DNA of 23,199 nucleotides from Candidatus Thorarchaeota archaeon (lineage in GTDB: Archaea > Asgardarchaeota > Thorarchaeia > Thorarchaeales > Thorarchaeaceae): assembly GCA_016840855.1 (NCBI GenBank), contig JAEORO010000038.1:1-23199 (forward strand). The letters are read 5' to 3'. How positions within the stretch are numbered: position 1 is the stretch's first letter; every line of letters begins with the position of its first letter. The notes under the pieces were generated by a model that saw nothing but the letters and a program-made list of their open reading frames with translations, did no database searches and was not told the origin of the DNA. Made by a program: the position numbers and the translations under genes. Positions 7,625 through 17,303 of the stretch are shown in pieces.

Positions 7625-7702
7625 TTGTATAATTTCATTGTATTATCACTGTTTCTTCATTAGTTTTGAGAGTGGAGGGTATCTCATTATTGAATATAAT
7701 CA

Positions 7703-9001
7703 TCACCGTTCCAGTGCTGCTGTCATACAGTGAGCTGCACCATAGCCACCTGTGAGGTTTTTCAAGACCATTGGGTAGGCATCGATTCCGTGTTGATAGA
7801 TTTCTCGTTTATGAGGGAAAAACTCTGATTCATCTTTCAGAAATTGAAAGTCTTTCTGTGCCTGTTCAAGAAGAGCACTATAACGCTCAGGCTCTGCTTT
7901 GGCCTTGGTTTGAAGATTGAATAGAACATCTTTGATGTCTCTCTCAACTTCAACAGCTAATATCGTACCATCCTTGATTGTTAGAAAATTGGATGCATAA
8001 CTCAACTGTTCAAGTGTTGTTATTCCAATCACATCAAAGCCCCAGCCTGTGATGTAGCTGAGCAAATCCGTAGATTTCTTATCTTTCTCATAAGCACCCG
8101 GCCCTGTTCTTGTATAGACGTCAACATTGGCCTGTTTCAGAAGCGGTTTGAGACCAACTGCGACACCACTCGAGGCAATATTGAAGTAAGTATCAAGATG
8201 CATGTCAATCATTGGGTCTACGGCATTGATTGGAACCAAAGGATGATTGGGTTGATGAACAACCCCGATTTCATCAAAATCAACACCATGTTTCAGGAGC
8301 TGCTTGATTCCAGATTTATTCGTGCGATCTCCGACACCAACAAGAGCGAAATCTTTCAAGGGAATGAAATCTCCACCTTCAAAGGTCCCTGGTGCTGTAA
8401 CGGTATGTACGACATCAGTCCCTAAGACATCCCATAGTATTCTTGTGACGACGGGTTCTCTTCTCCTCTGAGGTTTGCTCATTCGAGAGAGGAAGACACC
8501 CTTGTCAGTGACAGCCTGCTGGTCCCTCATGAAATAAAGATTCGATAATGGCTGTCGCTCAGTGATATTTAGGTGAATCACTCTTGCCCCCTTCTGGCTC
8601 TCCAGTTCAATCTGGGGATTGAGGAGAAGTACATTGAGAAAGTGACTAGGATCTAAAATACCCTTATTCTTTGAGAGTTCTTCGCGTGCGAGTTTTACGT
8701 CGGATTTAGTGCCAGTCACATCAATTGTATTATATGCAGCATCAACAAGTTTGTCATGAACCTCTGTGTTTCGTTCAGCAGTTTCTATGATTCTTTCCCT
8801 CAATCGAATGACATTAACTTGAAACTCATGCTGGAGTACATGTTCCAGACGCTCATGTTCTCGTATTGCACCATTTTGACTAAACGCTCTTTCATAGAGT
8901 GAGGCATATGGTTCCAAAAGACCGAAGAACATCTCCATCCCAGGTCTATGAATTGCGATGGTGCGAAGCCTATCCCATTCAGCCTTAATCCTAGATTTCA
9001 T
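7703..9001 (-). CDS. arcA: Arginine deiminase
   Basis: Pentein motifs YFMRD, EGGD, MHLDT and GYGAAHCMT (catalytic Cys). ATG 9001 follows a GGAGG SD and overlaps the OTC stop by 11 nt. Confidence 0.92.
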   Translation of the reverse strand: MKSRIKAEWDRLRTIAIHRPGMEMFFGLLEPYASLYERAFSQNGAIREHERLEHVLQHEFQVNVIRLRERIIETAERNTEVHDKLVDAAYNTIDVTGTKSDVKLAREELSKNKGILDPSHFLNVLLLNPQIELESQKGARVIHLNITERQPLSNLYFMRDQQAVTDKGVFLSRMSKPQRRREPVVTRILWDVLGTDVVHTVTAPGTFEGGDFIPLKDFALVGVGDRTNKSGIKQLLKHGVDFDEIGVVHQPNHPLVPINAVDPMIDMHLDTYFNIASSGVAVGLKPLLKQANVDVYTRTGPGAYEKDKKSTDLLSYITGWGFDVIGITTLEQLSYASNFLTIKDGTILAVEVERDIKDVLFNLQTKAKAEPERYSALLEQAQKDFQFLKDESEFFPHKREIYQHGIDAYPMVLKNLTGGYGAAHCMTAALER

Positions 9002-9929
9002 CCTGAGTGCCTCCCAGATAAAAGTCAAAGAGCCCGATGGCTCCATACAGCTTATTCTCTCCTTGTGCCCAGACAATTGATTGGTCCCCTTCAATCACAT
9101 CATCCGTGATTTCAAGACCTCTGTGTGCAGGTAGACAGTGCATTACTACAGCATCTTTGGCAGCAAGTGCTAGTAGGTCCGCATTAATCTGATATCCTTT
9201 GAAAGTATGAAGCCGTTCCTCTCTCTCATTTTCCTGGCCCATGCTGACCCAGACATCAGTATAGAGAATATCCGCATCTTTTGCAGCTTGGGTAGGATTA
9301 CGAACTATTCGAAGCTTTGATCCTGTTTCAGCAGCAATCTTTTCTGCTTTCTTGAGGATTGTCCCGTTCGGATCATACCCTTCAGGGCATGCCAAATTCA
9401 TATTCATTCCTGTTAATGCTGTACCTAATAACAGAGAATTAGAAACATTATTTCCATCTCCAATGAATGCCAAGGTCAACCCCTCTAGATGCTTCTTGAC
9501 CTCTCTAACTGTGAATAAGTCACACACTACTTGTGTTGGGTGTTCTAAATCGCTCAGTCCATTGAATACAGGAATATTGGAATATCTAGCAAGATCAGTA
9601 ACTGTTTGATGACTGTAGACTCTTGCGATAATCGCATCTAGATAGCTCCCAAGGATTCGGGCTGTATCTTTTATTGGTTCACCACGACTAAGTTGAAGTT
9701 CACTTGATGGAAGATAGACTGCTTCACCACCAAGGCGTAGTGCTGCAGTTTGAAAGCTTGTGCGCGTCCGGGTAGAGGGCTTCTCAAAGAGAAGCCCAAC
9801 AACCTTATTCTTCAGGACATGCACACTCTCATGATTCTTTAGCTGCCTCTTGATCTTCAGCGATCTGGAGAAGATTTTCTCCATCTCATCTGAGGAGATA
9901 TCTGCGACAGATAGTATAGAGTGTGCCAT
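8991..9929 (-). CDS. argF: Ornithine carbamoyltransferase (probably catabolic by context)
   Basis: STRT, HPTQ, DVWVSMG and HCLP motifs. ATG 9929 follows a GAGGTGA SD. Confidence 0.96.
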   Translation of the reverse strand: MAHSILSVADISSDEMEKIFSRSLKIKRQLKNHESVHVLKNKVVGLLFEKPSTRTRTSFQTAALRLGGEAVYLPSSELQLSRGEPIKDTARILGSYLDAIIARVYSHQTVTDLARYSNIPVFNGLSDLEHPTQVVCDLFTVREVKKHLEGLTLAFIGDGNNVSNSLLLGTALTGMNMNLACPEGYDPNGTILKKAEKIAAETGSKLRIVRNPTQAAKDADILYTDVWVSMGQENEREERLHTFKGYQINADLLALAAKDAVVMHCLPAHRGLEITDDVIEGDQSIVWAQGENKLYGAIGLFDFYLGGTQDEI

Positions 9930-9942
9930 AGTGTTATCACCT

Positions 9943-11523
9943 CTAGGTATTGATTTCCTTTGTGTTGGCTTTGTAAGCCCATGCAAAAATGAGAATCGCG
10001 ACAATTGTGACAACAATCATGTCATAGGGCATTGGAATTAGACCAAGTGGACTAATTGGTAGGAAGTTCTCGTAGATAAAGTTCGTATCGCCCACATACG
10101 ACATCACGATGATGAATACTAGATAGACTAGTATCCATAGATTTCGAGTGAACTCAAACTTTTTGTCCTTGAATGTTAGGTATAGCGGGTAACCGATAAG
10201 CATCAAAACCGCCCCTATCAAGGTCCAAGGCCATGAAGCCCAATAGACCAAGAGAGTCGCTAGAATGAATCCCAAACCTGTAATCACAATGGGCATTGGC
10301 AGCTTGAACGGTCTATCAACAGTTGGTCGTGTCTTTCTCAGAATTGGTACAGACAGGACCGCTGCCGCATAGGGTACAAGAGCTGTTATCGATGCTATGA
10401 GAGCTACAGACGGAAAGTTTGGTATGAATATCTGAATAATCATGGTCAGGATTGACGCGAATATTAATGCAACATGTGGAGTTCCCCACTTATGATGCAC
10501 CGAATCCATTGGCCCCCAGAATAATCCGTCCTTTGCCATAGCGTATGGAATCCTACCCTGAAGCAAGACCCAATCGCCACCACTACCTGCAGTTGAAATA
10601 AGTGCTCCAATTGTTGCTATTATGGCAAGAATTGGCAGACCTGCAGCTTGTGCAATATCTGATAATGGCGACGTTAGATTACCAATACTACCCCAGTCGC
10701 CAGCTGAAATTCCAAGACCGGTCCAGTTGATCATTCCAACAAATGCAACTGCAATCAAAACATAGACTACTATCACGATGCCCATGGTCAATAGCATTGC
10801 GCGTGGAATAGTCTTCTCTGGATTCTTGACCTCTTCAGTGGGTACTACCACCGACTCAAAACCTGTAAAGGCCCAGAACTCAAAAGCCATCGCCAAAGTT
10901 ATTCCTGTGAGGCCAAATGGTAGTAGAGGCACAAAGTTTACTCCACTGAGAAAAGAGAGCCCTACAGCTGCGAAAACAATTAGTGGAATTATTTTACCAA
11001 CGGTTGTTACTAAGCTATAGAGACCGCCCCATTTTACGCCAACGACATTGATTGATGTGAATATCCATAGAGCAATCACTGCAATAGTGATACCGACAGG
11101 AGTCAGAGTTTCTCCAACAGCTAGGCCCGGTATCCAGAATGCCAAGTAGGTCACAAAGATGTCGATGATAGCTGCTGTTCCTACAAAAGCATACAGAAAG
11201 TATCCCCAGCCCATTAGAAAACCACCGGTGTCCCCAAGTGCTAGTCTAGGCAGTGAATATGGTCCCCCACTGAGGGGAAATGCGGAACCTAATTCTGCAT
11301 AAGAAATAGCTAACAGTGTTGTCACGATGCCAGTCAACACAATAGCAATTATCAGTGCTGGACCTGCAACAGATCCCATTACAGCAGGCATGGCAAACAT
11401 GCCAGAACCTATTATGCTCCCTACACCTAGTGCAACAAGAGTAGTCAATCCAAGGTCTCGTTTTAGCTCACCTTGATTTGCCTCCTCTTTTTCTTGAGTT
11501 TGTTGAGAGCTGTTTTTTGTCAT
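9943..11523 (-). CDS. APC amino acid permease (candidate arginine uptake or arginine/ornithine antiporter)
   Basis: GSIIGSG, ELGSAFP.SGG.Y, FWAFTGFE, EEVKNP..TIPRA and ~14 TM. GGAGG SD. Substrate inferred from the operon. Confidence 0.9.
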   Translation of the reverse strand: MTKNSSQQTQEKEEANQGELKRDLGLTTLVALGVGSIIGSGMFAMPAVMGSVAGPALIIAIVLTGIVTTLLAISYAELGSAFPLSGGPYSLPRLALGDTGGFLMGWGYFLYAFVGTAAIIDIFVTYLAFWIPGLAVGETLTPVGITIAVIALWIFTSINVVGVKWGGLYSLVTTVGKIIPLIVFAAVGLSFLSGVNFVPLLPFGLTGITLAMAFEFWAFTGFESVVVPTEEVKNPEKTIPRAMLLTMGIVIVVYVLIAVAFVGMINWTGLGISAGDWGSIGNLTSPLSDIAQAAGLPILAIIATIGALISTAGSGGDWVLLQGRIPYAMAKDGLFWGPMDSVHHKWGTPHVALIFASILTMIIQIFIPNFPSVALIASITALVPYAAAVLSVPILRKTRPTVDRPFKLPMPIVITGLGFILATLLVYWASWPWTLIGAVLMLIGYPLYLTFKDKKFEFTRNLWILVYLVFIIVMSYVGDTNFIYENFLPISPLGLIPMPYDMIVVTIVAILIFAWAYKANTKEINT

Positions 11524-11539
11524 TATTTTTCCTCCGATT

Positions 11540-13981
11540 TTATATTTCTTCTATTAATTCGAGACCACCATGTTTGTAGAAGGTAGTCTTCAACACGTCA
11601 GTGATTAAGAACCACACTAGAGCATAGCCCCACACGAAAAGCGCAAGACCCCAGCCCATTGCGGGAAGTAAGAAACCATATACTGTGATTAATGTGGCAA
11701 CCAATTGTGTGCCTAAAATTGCAGAAATCAGTGGCAGTGCAGGTTTCACTGACCAGAATGGACCCCGTGTTCGGGCAACAAGAAGCGTTAGGTGCCCAGC
11801 AACGGAGAGCTTGAGATAGATGAATGACTGAAGAACTTCACGACTTAGGTGAAAGATTACATCTCCAATCACAAAGATTCCAAAAGATGCAACTACACCA
11901 ATGATTCCAAGATAGGTCGCCATGCCTAGGAGCATCTTTGAGTTCCATCTCTCTGGAGCTTTGGAATACTTTACATTATCATAGGCGATGGTAATTATTG
12001 GTAAGTCATTAAGCAGCGCAAGTAATACAATCATAATAGGAGTGACTGGATAAAATTGGAATACAAGTATTGATGCTGCGATGAAAAGAATTACCCTTAT
12101 AGATTCAGCGATGCGATAGATCGAATAGTTACTCATCCGCTGGAAGATTTTCCTACTGTTCTTTATCGCGTCGACGATTACTGAAATGCCCACTCCTGTA
12201 AGGACAATATCAGCGGCCGATTTGGCAACATCGGTTGAGCCTTCTACAGCTATTCCCACATCTGCTTTCCTGAGAGCTGGGGCATCATTGACACCATCTC
12301 CGGTCATTCCAACAATGTGATTCTTTTGCTGAAGGAGGGATACAATCCTATACTTGTGTTCCGGAAAGACCTGTGCAAATCCATCCACGGATTCTACGAT
12401 AGGTTCAGCCTTCTCATCGGGGACATTTTCGAAGTCCTTTGGTAAAGCCATATTTTGTCCCAGACTGACTCTACTTGCAATCTCCTTCCCAATTGCTTCA
12501 TGGTCACCAGTAACCATCTTGACGTTAATCCCCATTCTTTGTGCACTTGCAATGGTTTCAGCAGAGTCATCACGAGGTGGGTCGAAGAGCGCTAATAGAC
12601 CAACAAACTGCCAAGTACCTGATGAATCGGTCTTTGCGACACCCAGGGAGCGATAACCTCTCTTAGCAAAAGACAGTACGTCCTTGTTGATTTGTTCACA
12701 GACACTTTTTGGCTCCTCTGAAAGACCTGAAATTACCTGTGGAGCTCCTTTTGACACCTTGAATCGAGTGCCACCAGAGGACTCGAATAGACCTTCAGTA
12801 CGTTTGGATACAGGGTCGAATGGTTTGAACTCAAGTCGGTCTTCCTCCGAGATGATTTCAAGATTAGGAACAGAGTCAGCACGATGAATTATTGCATCAT
12901 CAATGGCATCGTTGTTTCCTCTTTTGGATGCCATGGTCCCAAAACGTAGAACATCATTCTCTGTGAAGTCTCCATAAGGTCTAATTTCACCTACACTTAG
13001 CTTGTTCTGGGTTATCGTTCCAGTCTTATCTGTACAAAGAATATCTACTCCTGCCATCTCTTCGATAGCTGCGAGTTTGCTAACAATCGCGCCTTTCTTG
13101 GCAAGAGCCACAGCGCCAACAGCCATTGTCACAGAGAGAACTGCTGGTAGAGCCACGGGGATTGCGGCCACTGTTAGAACAAGAACGAATCTAATATTCT
13201 CTAGAATATCGTATCCTCGTATAATTCCTGCTGTAAGAACAACAGCTGCTAGAGTGATAGCTAAAGCAATTAGGTAATTGCCAATCTTCATAATGATTTT
13301 TTCAAAATGACTTTTCGTTACTGCTTCTTCAACAAGCTTGGCGGTTTTACCATAGTAAGTATTCATACCAGTGTTAATTACGAGACCTTCCATCTCGCCC
13401 ATTTGAACGGGGGATCCTTGAAAGGAAATATCACCAATTTTTTTGTCTACTGGCAAGGATTCGCCAGTAAGGGCTGACTGATCTACTGATAGGTAGTTCC
13501 CTGAAATTAGCTTTAGATCAGCTGGAGTTACATCTCCGGGACGCACCCGTACGATATCTCCAGGGACAACCTCTCTAGCAGGAAGTTGCTTCCAGTCGCC
13601 ATCACGTAGAACACGAGCTGTAGGTGATAGTCGTTGTTTGAGTTTCTCAATCGCATTGTCCGCTTTGTTCTCCTGATAGAAACCAACAATTCCGTTCATT
13701 ACTAACATTAGAGTTATTATCCAAAAATCTGGCCAATGTTGAACAATTGCTGAGAGAATCATAGCTGCTTCTATCATAAAGGGTATTGGTCCCCAGAAGT
13801 ATCGTAGGAATTTCAATATCGGGTTTACTTTTTTCTCTATGAGTTCATTAGGACCATATTTTTTGAATCTTAATTGTGTTTCTTCAGAGGAAAGTCCAGC
13901 AGGATTAGAATTCAGTGCATTGTACAACTCATCAATGGTTAAGTCTTCAGATTCTTTGGTTGTCAAAATGTTGGTACTCAT
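11540..13981 (-). CDS. P-type ATPase, P3A plasma-membrane H+-efflux type
   Basis: TGES, PVALPAV (TM4), DKTGTIT, KGAPQ, DPPRDD, FAQVFPEHK, GDGVND and TM6 ALLND carrying the proton-acceptor Asp. No long C-terminal autoinhibitory tail. Confidence 0.93.
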   Translation of the reverse strand: MSTNILTTKESEDLTIDELYNALNSNPAGLSSEETQLRFKKYGPNELIEKKVNPILKFLRYFWGPIPFMIEAAMILSAIVQHWPDFWIITLMLVMNGIVGFYQENKADNAIEKLKQRLSPTARVLRDGDWKQLPAREVVPGDIVRVRPGDVTPADLKLISGNYLSVDQSALTGESLPVDKKIGDISFQGSPVQMGEMEGLVINTGMNTYYGKTAKLVEEAVTKSHFEKIIMKIGNYLIALAITLAAVVLTAGIIRGYDILENIRFVLVLTVAAIPVALPAVLSVTMAVGAVALAKKGAIVSKLAAIEEMAGVDILCTDKTGTITQNKLSVGEIRPYGDFTENDVLRFGTMASKRGNNDAIDDAIIHRADSVPNLEIISEEDRLEFKPFDPVSKRTEGLFESSGGTRFKVSKGAPQVISGLSEEPKSVCEQINKDVLSFAKRGYRSLGVAKTDSSGTWQFVGLLALFDPPRDDSAETIASAQRMGINVKMVTGDHEAIGKEIASRVSLGQNMALPKDFENVPDEKAEPIVESVDGFAQVFPEHKYRIVSLLQQKNHIVGMTGDGVNDAPALRKADVGIAVEGSTDVAKSAADIVLTGVGISVIVDAIKNSRKIFQRMSNYSIYRIAESIRVILFIAASILVFQFYPVTPIMIVLLALLNDLPIITIAYDNVKYSKAPERWNSKMLLGMATYLGIIGVVASFGIFVIGDVIFHLSREVLQSFIYLKLSVAGHLTLLVARTRGPFWSVKPALPLISAILGTQLVATLITVYGFLLPAMGWGLALFVWGYALVWFLITDVLKTTFYKHGGLELIEEI

Positions 13982-14062
13982 TCGATCATCTTCAGTGTTT
14001 TTGTTAAGCGAACATTGCTTTCAGAAAGTGGCGAGGCAGAATTATTCTTAAACAGGTGTGAG

Positions 14063-14074
14063 TGTGATATCACA
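14063..14074. promoter_or_regulatory. Perfect 12-bp palindrome TGTGATATCACA, putative operator
   Basis: Sits in the divergent spacer between the ATPase operon and the TrmB gene, just downstream of TATA-like TTCTTAAA (14045-14052). Confidence 0.5.
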
Positions 14075-14111
14075 GTTACAGAGAGATAGATTTGAGAACA
14101 AGGTGACCATA

Positions 14112-15530
14112 TTGAGTATAGAAAACACTCGAAATATCGAGATACTCTCAGAATTCGGACTTACGGAAAGCCAAGCAAAAGTTTTCATCGCCATAATTCA
14201 GTTAAAGAATCCAACGGTCGCCGAAGTGGCTGAAGCGTCGGAAGTCCGTAGAGAAGAGATCTATCGACTTCTTCCTGATCTTGAGAATATGGGGCTAGTT
14301 GAGCGTCTTCTGGGAAAACCACTTCGATTACGATCTCCCGATCCAAAATCATCAATCTCTACATTAGTCAAGCTTGAAAGGGAGAGAGCTAAAGCTCGGA
14401 TTTCAGATTTATCAATCAAATCTCGTGATTTTTTGGTACAATTAAGACAACAGGATATAGAAATCGATACTGATGGGATTCTCACTTCTGATTTTTCGTT
14501 AATTCAAGAAAAAGAGTCGATTAGGACTGTATTATATGACATGCTAAGTAAGTCAACAAAACAGGTGGACCTGCTATTTTCTCGACCAGATTTGATATGG
14601 TTATTATCGACACATGGTGAGATACTTAGAAAAGCTGCAGAACATGCAGTAAAAATTAGAATTATGAGTGAACCTCCATCTGGACGTGATAGGCTTCCTA
14701 AAATAATTCAAAGGCGATTTCCCGAAAATGTTGAGATATCACTGAGATATCTTTTGTTTCCTACAGCTTTCTTTCTCATTGTGGATCTATCTCAACTGTT
14801 ACTCATTACATCCGGCGTTCATCATCTACCTGCTTCTAATTGCTTATGGACTAACAACGAGAGCTTGATTGCTTTGACACACAAGGACTTTGAAAACTTA
14901 TGGAATGAGTCAGCTTCTTGGAAAACAGTTGATGGTGTGTCAATGACTATTTCACCCCAAGATAGTTCTAATGGAGGAACATCACATATACATAGGCTAT
15001 TGCTCTATCGATCTAGCGATACCAAGTACAAAGTATTATTCAATTTTCTAAGAGAACGTCAAAAAGACAGTGTAGTCGCCATCTATGTCTGCACAAAGGA
15101 TTGCGTGGAAGCTGTAAAAGAGGCGATGATTGCATTTGGTTTTGATAGAAAATCAATTGCGAAAGGGGAGGATATCAAAATTATAGATTGGAATTCCTTA
15201 CTTCTGGACGATGGCAAATTTAGCGTGGAAAGAGCCATTGATGCATGGGATGAGCTCTTTTTCGAATCTCAGGAGAAGGGATTCAAAGGTATTGCTGTGG
15301 TCACTGAAATGCAATTCTTCTTCGAAAACAATATGATAGAGACCCTCGAAGATTATGAAAATCACATTCATGGCATGCTGGATAGTCAAATGGTTTTCAA
15401 GTGCGCATACGATGAACAAACTTTACTCAATACTGAGAGTCCTTTGGAACTTTATGCGCGATTACTAGGATTGCATACCACCCTACTAACGGAAGATAGA
15501 GGGAAGATAGAACGACTCAGAACAAGATGA
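14112..15530 (+). CDS. TrmB-family transcriptional regulator with C-terminal MEDS sensory domain
   Basis: N-terminal FGLTESQAKV...IYRLL.DLE..GLV wHTH, a central TrmB effector-binding-like domain, and C-terminal H-x-LLLY...VVTEM.FF...DYE...CAYD typical of MEDS. Start TTG 14112 follows a GGTGA SD (ORF open from 14058). Confidence 0.85.
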   Translation: MSIENTRNIEILSEFGLTESQAKVFIAIIQLKNPTVAEVAEASEVRREEIYRLLPDLENMGLVERLLGKPLRLRSPDPKSSISTLVKLERERAKARISDLSIKSRDFLVQLRQQDIEIDTDGILTSDFSLIQEKESIRTVLYDMLSKSTKQVDLLFSRPDLIWLLSTHGEILRKAAEHAVKIRIMSEPPSGRDRLPKIIQRRFPENVEISLRYLLFPTAFFLIVDLSQLLLITSGVHHLPASNCLWTNNESLIALTHKDFENLWNESASWKTVDGVSMTISPQDSSNGGTSHIHRLLLYRSSDTKYKVLFNFLRERQKDSVVAIYVCTKDCVEAVKEAMIAFGFDRKSIAKGEDIKIIDWNSLLLDDGKFSVERAIDAWDELFFESQEKGFKGIAVVTEMQFFFENNMIETLEDYENHIHGMLDSQMVFKCAYDEQTLLNTESPLELYARLLGLHTTLLTEDRGKIERLRTR

Positions 15531-15580
15531 TGAGATAATGTTGGGAGATGGCCAACAAGATAATAGAAAACTTAGTTGAG

Positions 15581-16762
15581 CTAATCACTCGTAGTTGTTC
15601 TGATTAACGTGAGTGTTAAAAGAGCCAAGAAGGATAAAATAATCGAATATTGGAATGCAGCAATTGGAGCGTAAGAATCCCATAGATACCCAATGATAAG
15701 ACCTGCAGGAAATGCACTGATTCCCACAGCCATTTGAAATGCACCTATTATGCTAGCTCGACGTTCTTCCTCAACCAGGTCAGCCACGAAGCTTGTTTGG
15801 ACAGGATCCAACGCACCATTCATCAAACCAAAGAATAGGAACATGGGAATAATCATCATTGGGTCAAATACAAGATAAACCCAAGCTGCAGTCAAAATTA
15901 GAAATAGGAAAGCTGTAGCTATTACAATCTTTCTGCCCACTTTATCTGACAACTTACCAAAAGGATATGCTGAGGCGGCATAGACTACAGTGAATAAAAG
16001 GTAGAGAAGGGTTTGTTCTGGTACAGTGTATCCATAGTTGCTTGAAAATAGAATCAATAGTGAGTAGCTGAATGTTGCAAGTGCGAAAAGTACTGAAGAC
16101 ACGAGAAACAATTTCAGGTTTCGACTAAGACCACGAAAATTGACGCCCTTGAAAATATCTTTCCCTCTTTTTTCTTTAATCAAAACACTGACAACAATGA
16201 CAGAACCAGCGGTGGGAATTACTGCTAATAGAATTATACCTGTATACCCAACAAATTGGAATAGAAAGAAGGTCAAGATTGTGCCAAAGACTGCTCCAGT
16301 CGTATCTAGAGCTCTCAGTATACCAAATGCACTTCCTCGTTCTTTCTCCGTCACATGCCCAGCCACTATAGCATCTCGAGGAGGACCTCTCATCTTGCCC
16401 AGACGATCCATTGATTTCCATAGGAGTATCTGGAAGAATTGGTATACATAGGTTGCAAGAATAAAACCAATCCGTGCTACCATTGAAAGACCATACCCTA
16501 ATGTAATGAATGCCTTTCTTTTCCCTGTTCGATCTGAGGCATAACCAGCACCTAGCTTAGAAAGAGAAGTTATTGTCAGTGCGAGACCATCTACTATCTG
16601 TACTTGACCTTGAGTAATCCCTAATTGTGTTGTAAGAAATGTTGGCCATATTGGGGCAATCATATCTGAACCTGCATCATTCAAGAATGATGCTGTACCG
16701 AAAACTAGGGCAGGGTCTCTCTGAATTTCTTCTTTTCCTGATTCAGGAGCTTTTCCTGTCAA
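15581..16762 (-). CDS. MFS transporter
   Basis: Motif A occurs twice (GYASDRTGKRK, GKLSDKVGRK), with DRLGK.RGPPRDA and 12 TM. TTG start after GAGGT. Confidence 0.92.
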   Translation of the reverse strand: MTGKAPESGKEEIQRDPALVFGTASFLNDAGSDMIAPIWPTFLTTQLGITQGQVQIVDGLALTITSLSKLGAGYASDRTGKRKAFITLGYGLSMVARIGFILATYVYQFFQILLWKSMDRLGKMRGPPRDAIVAGHVTEKERGSAFGILRALDTTGAVFGTILTFFLFQFVGYTGIILLAVIPTAGSVIVVSVLIKEKRGKDIFKGVNFRGLSRNLKLFLVSSVLFALATFSYSLLILFSSNYGYTVPEQTLLYLLFTVVYAASAYPFGKLSDKVGRKIVIATAFLFLILTAAWVYLVFDPMMIIPMFLFFGLMNGALDPVQTSFVADLVEEERRASIIGAFQMAVGISAFPAGLIIGYLWDSYAPIAAFQYSIILSFLALLTLTLIRTTTSD

Positions 16763-16863
16763 TTTTAATACCTCAAGAGTTCCATTTAGATTGCCTGTTC
16801 TTATTTCAATCGGATTTCAACTGCTATCCAAAGCCATTTTACTGGATATGATGTGAAGCAGAC

Positions 16864-17259
16864 ATGGTCGATATTTTACAAAAAGAGGTTCTATATGGGT
16901 TTGATGAAACAGTAAAGAAAGTTGAAGAAGCGTGTGTAAGTGAGGGGTTTGGTCTGCAGCTCACGAAAGGAGTGCATGATATCTTTGAACAGAAGTTAGG
17001 GATTAATGATTATCCAAAATACACTGTAATCCTCGTATGTAACCCACACCTTGCAAAGAAAGCACTCGACATATCAAAGGACATGGGCACAATCTTTCCA
17101 TGTAGTTTCACAGTCTACGAGGAAAATGAAAAGGTGATGGTCGCTCATACCTCAATCATGAAGATTGGCGTAGAAATAGGTCTTGTTTCTCAAGAGGAAA
17201 TGGAGCCTTTGATTAAGGAAACAGGAAAGCGCATTCGAAAAGTGTGGGATAAAATCTAA
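16864..17259 (+). CDS. DUF302 domain protein
   Basis: Pattern Y.F.ETV...GF...Y.ILVCNP..A..AL....G...PC...VYE. Confidence 0.85.
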   Translation: MVDILQKEVLYGFDETVKKVEEACVSEGFGLQLTKGVHDIFEQKLGINDYPKYTVILVCNPHLAKKALDISKDMGTIFPCSFTVYEENEKVMVAHTSIMKIGVEIGLVSQEEMEPLIKETGKRIRKVWDKI

Positions 17260-17303
17260 TGAAATTCGAAAGCTTCAGAAGAGTTGAGTTCTCCTTTTGA
17301 GTC

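Noticed and set aside
8991-10016. Apparent long overlaps between permease, OTC and arcA in the ORF track
   Set aside because: These are artefacts of longest-ORF calling. SD-supported starts at 9929 and 9001 remove them.
2602-15530. Genomic island integrated at tRNA-Ala
   Set aside because: No integrase or transposase, and no duplicated tRNA 3' end was found by eye in the window.
16803-16820. ATTTCAA direct repeat with an 11-bp period between the MFS and DUF302 genes
   Set aside because: Too short and AT-rich to distinguish from chance.
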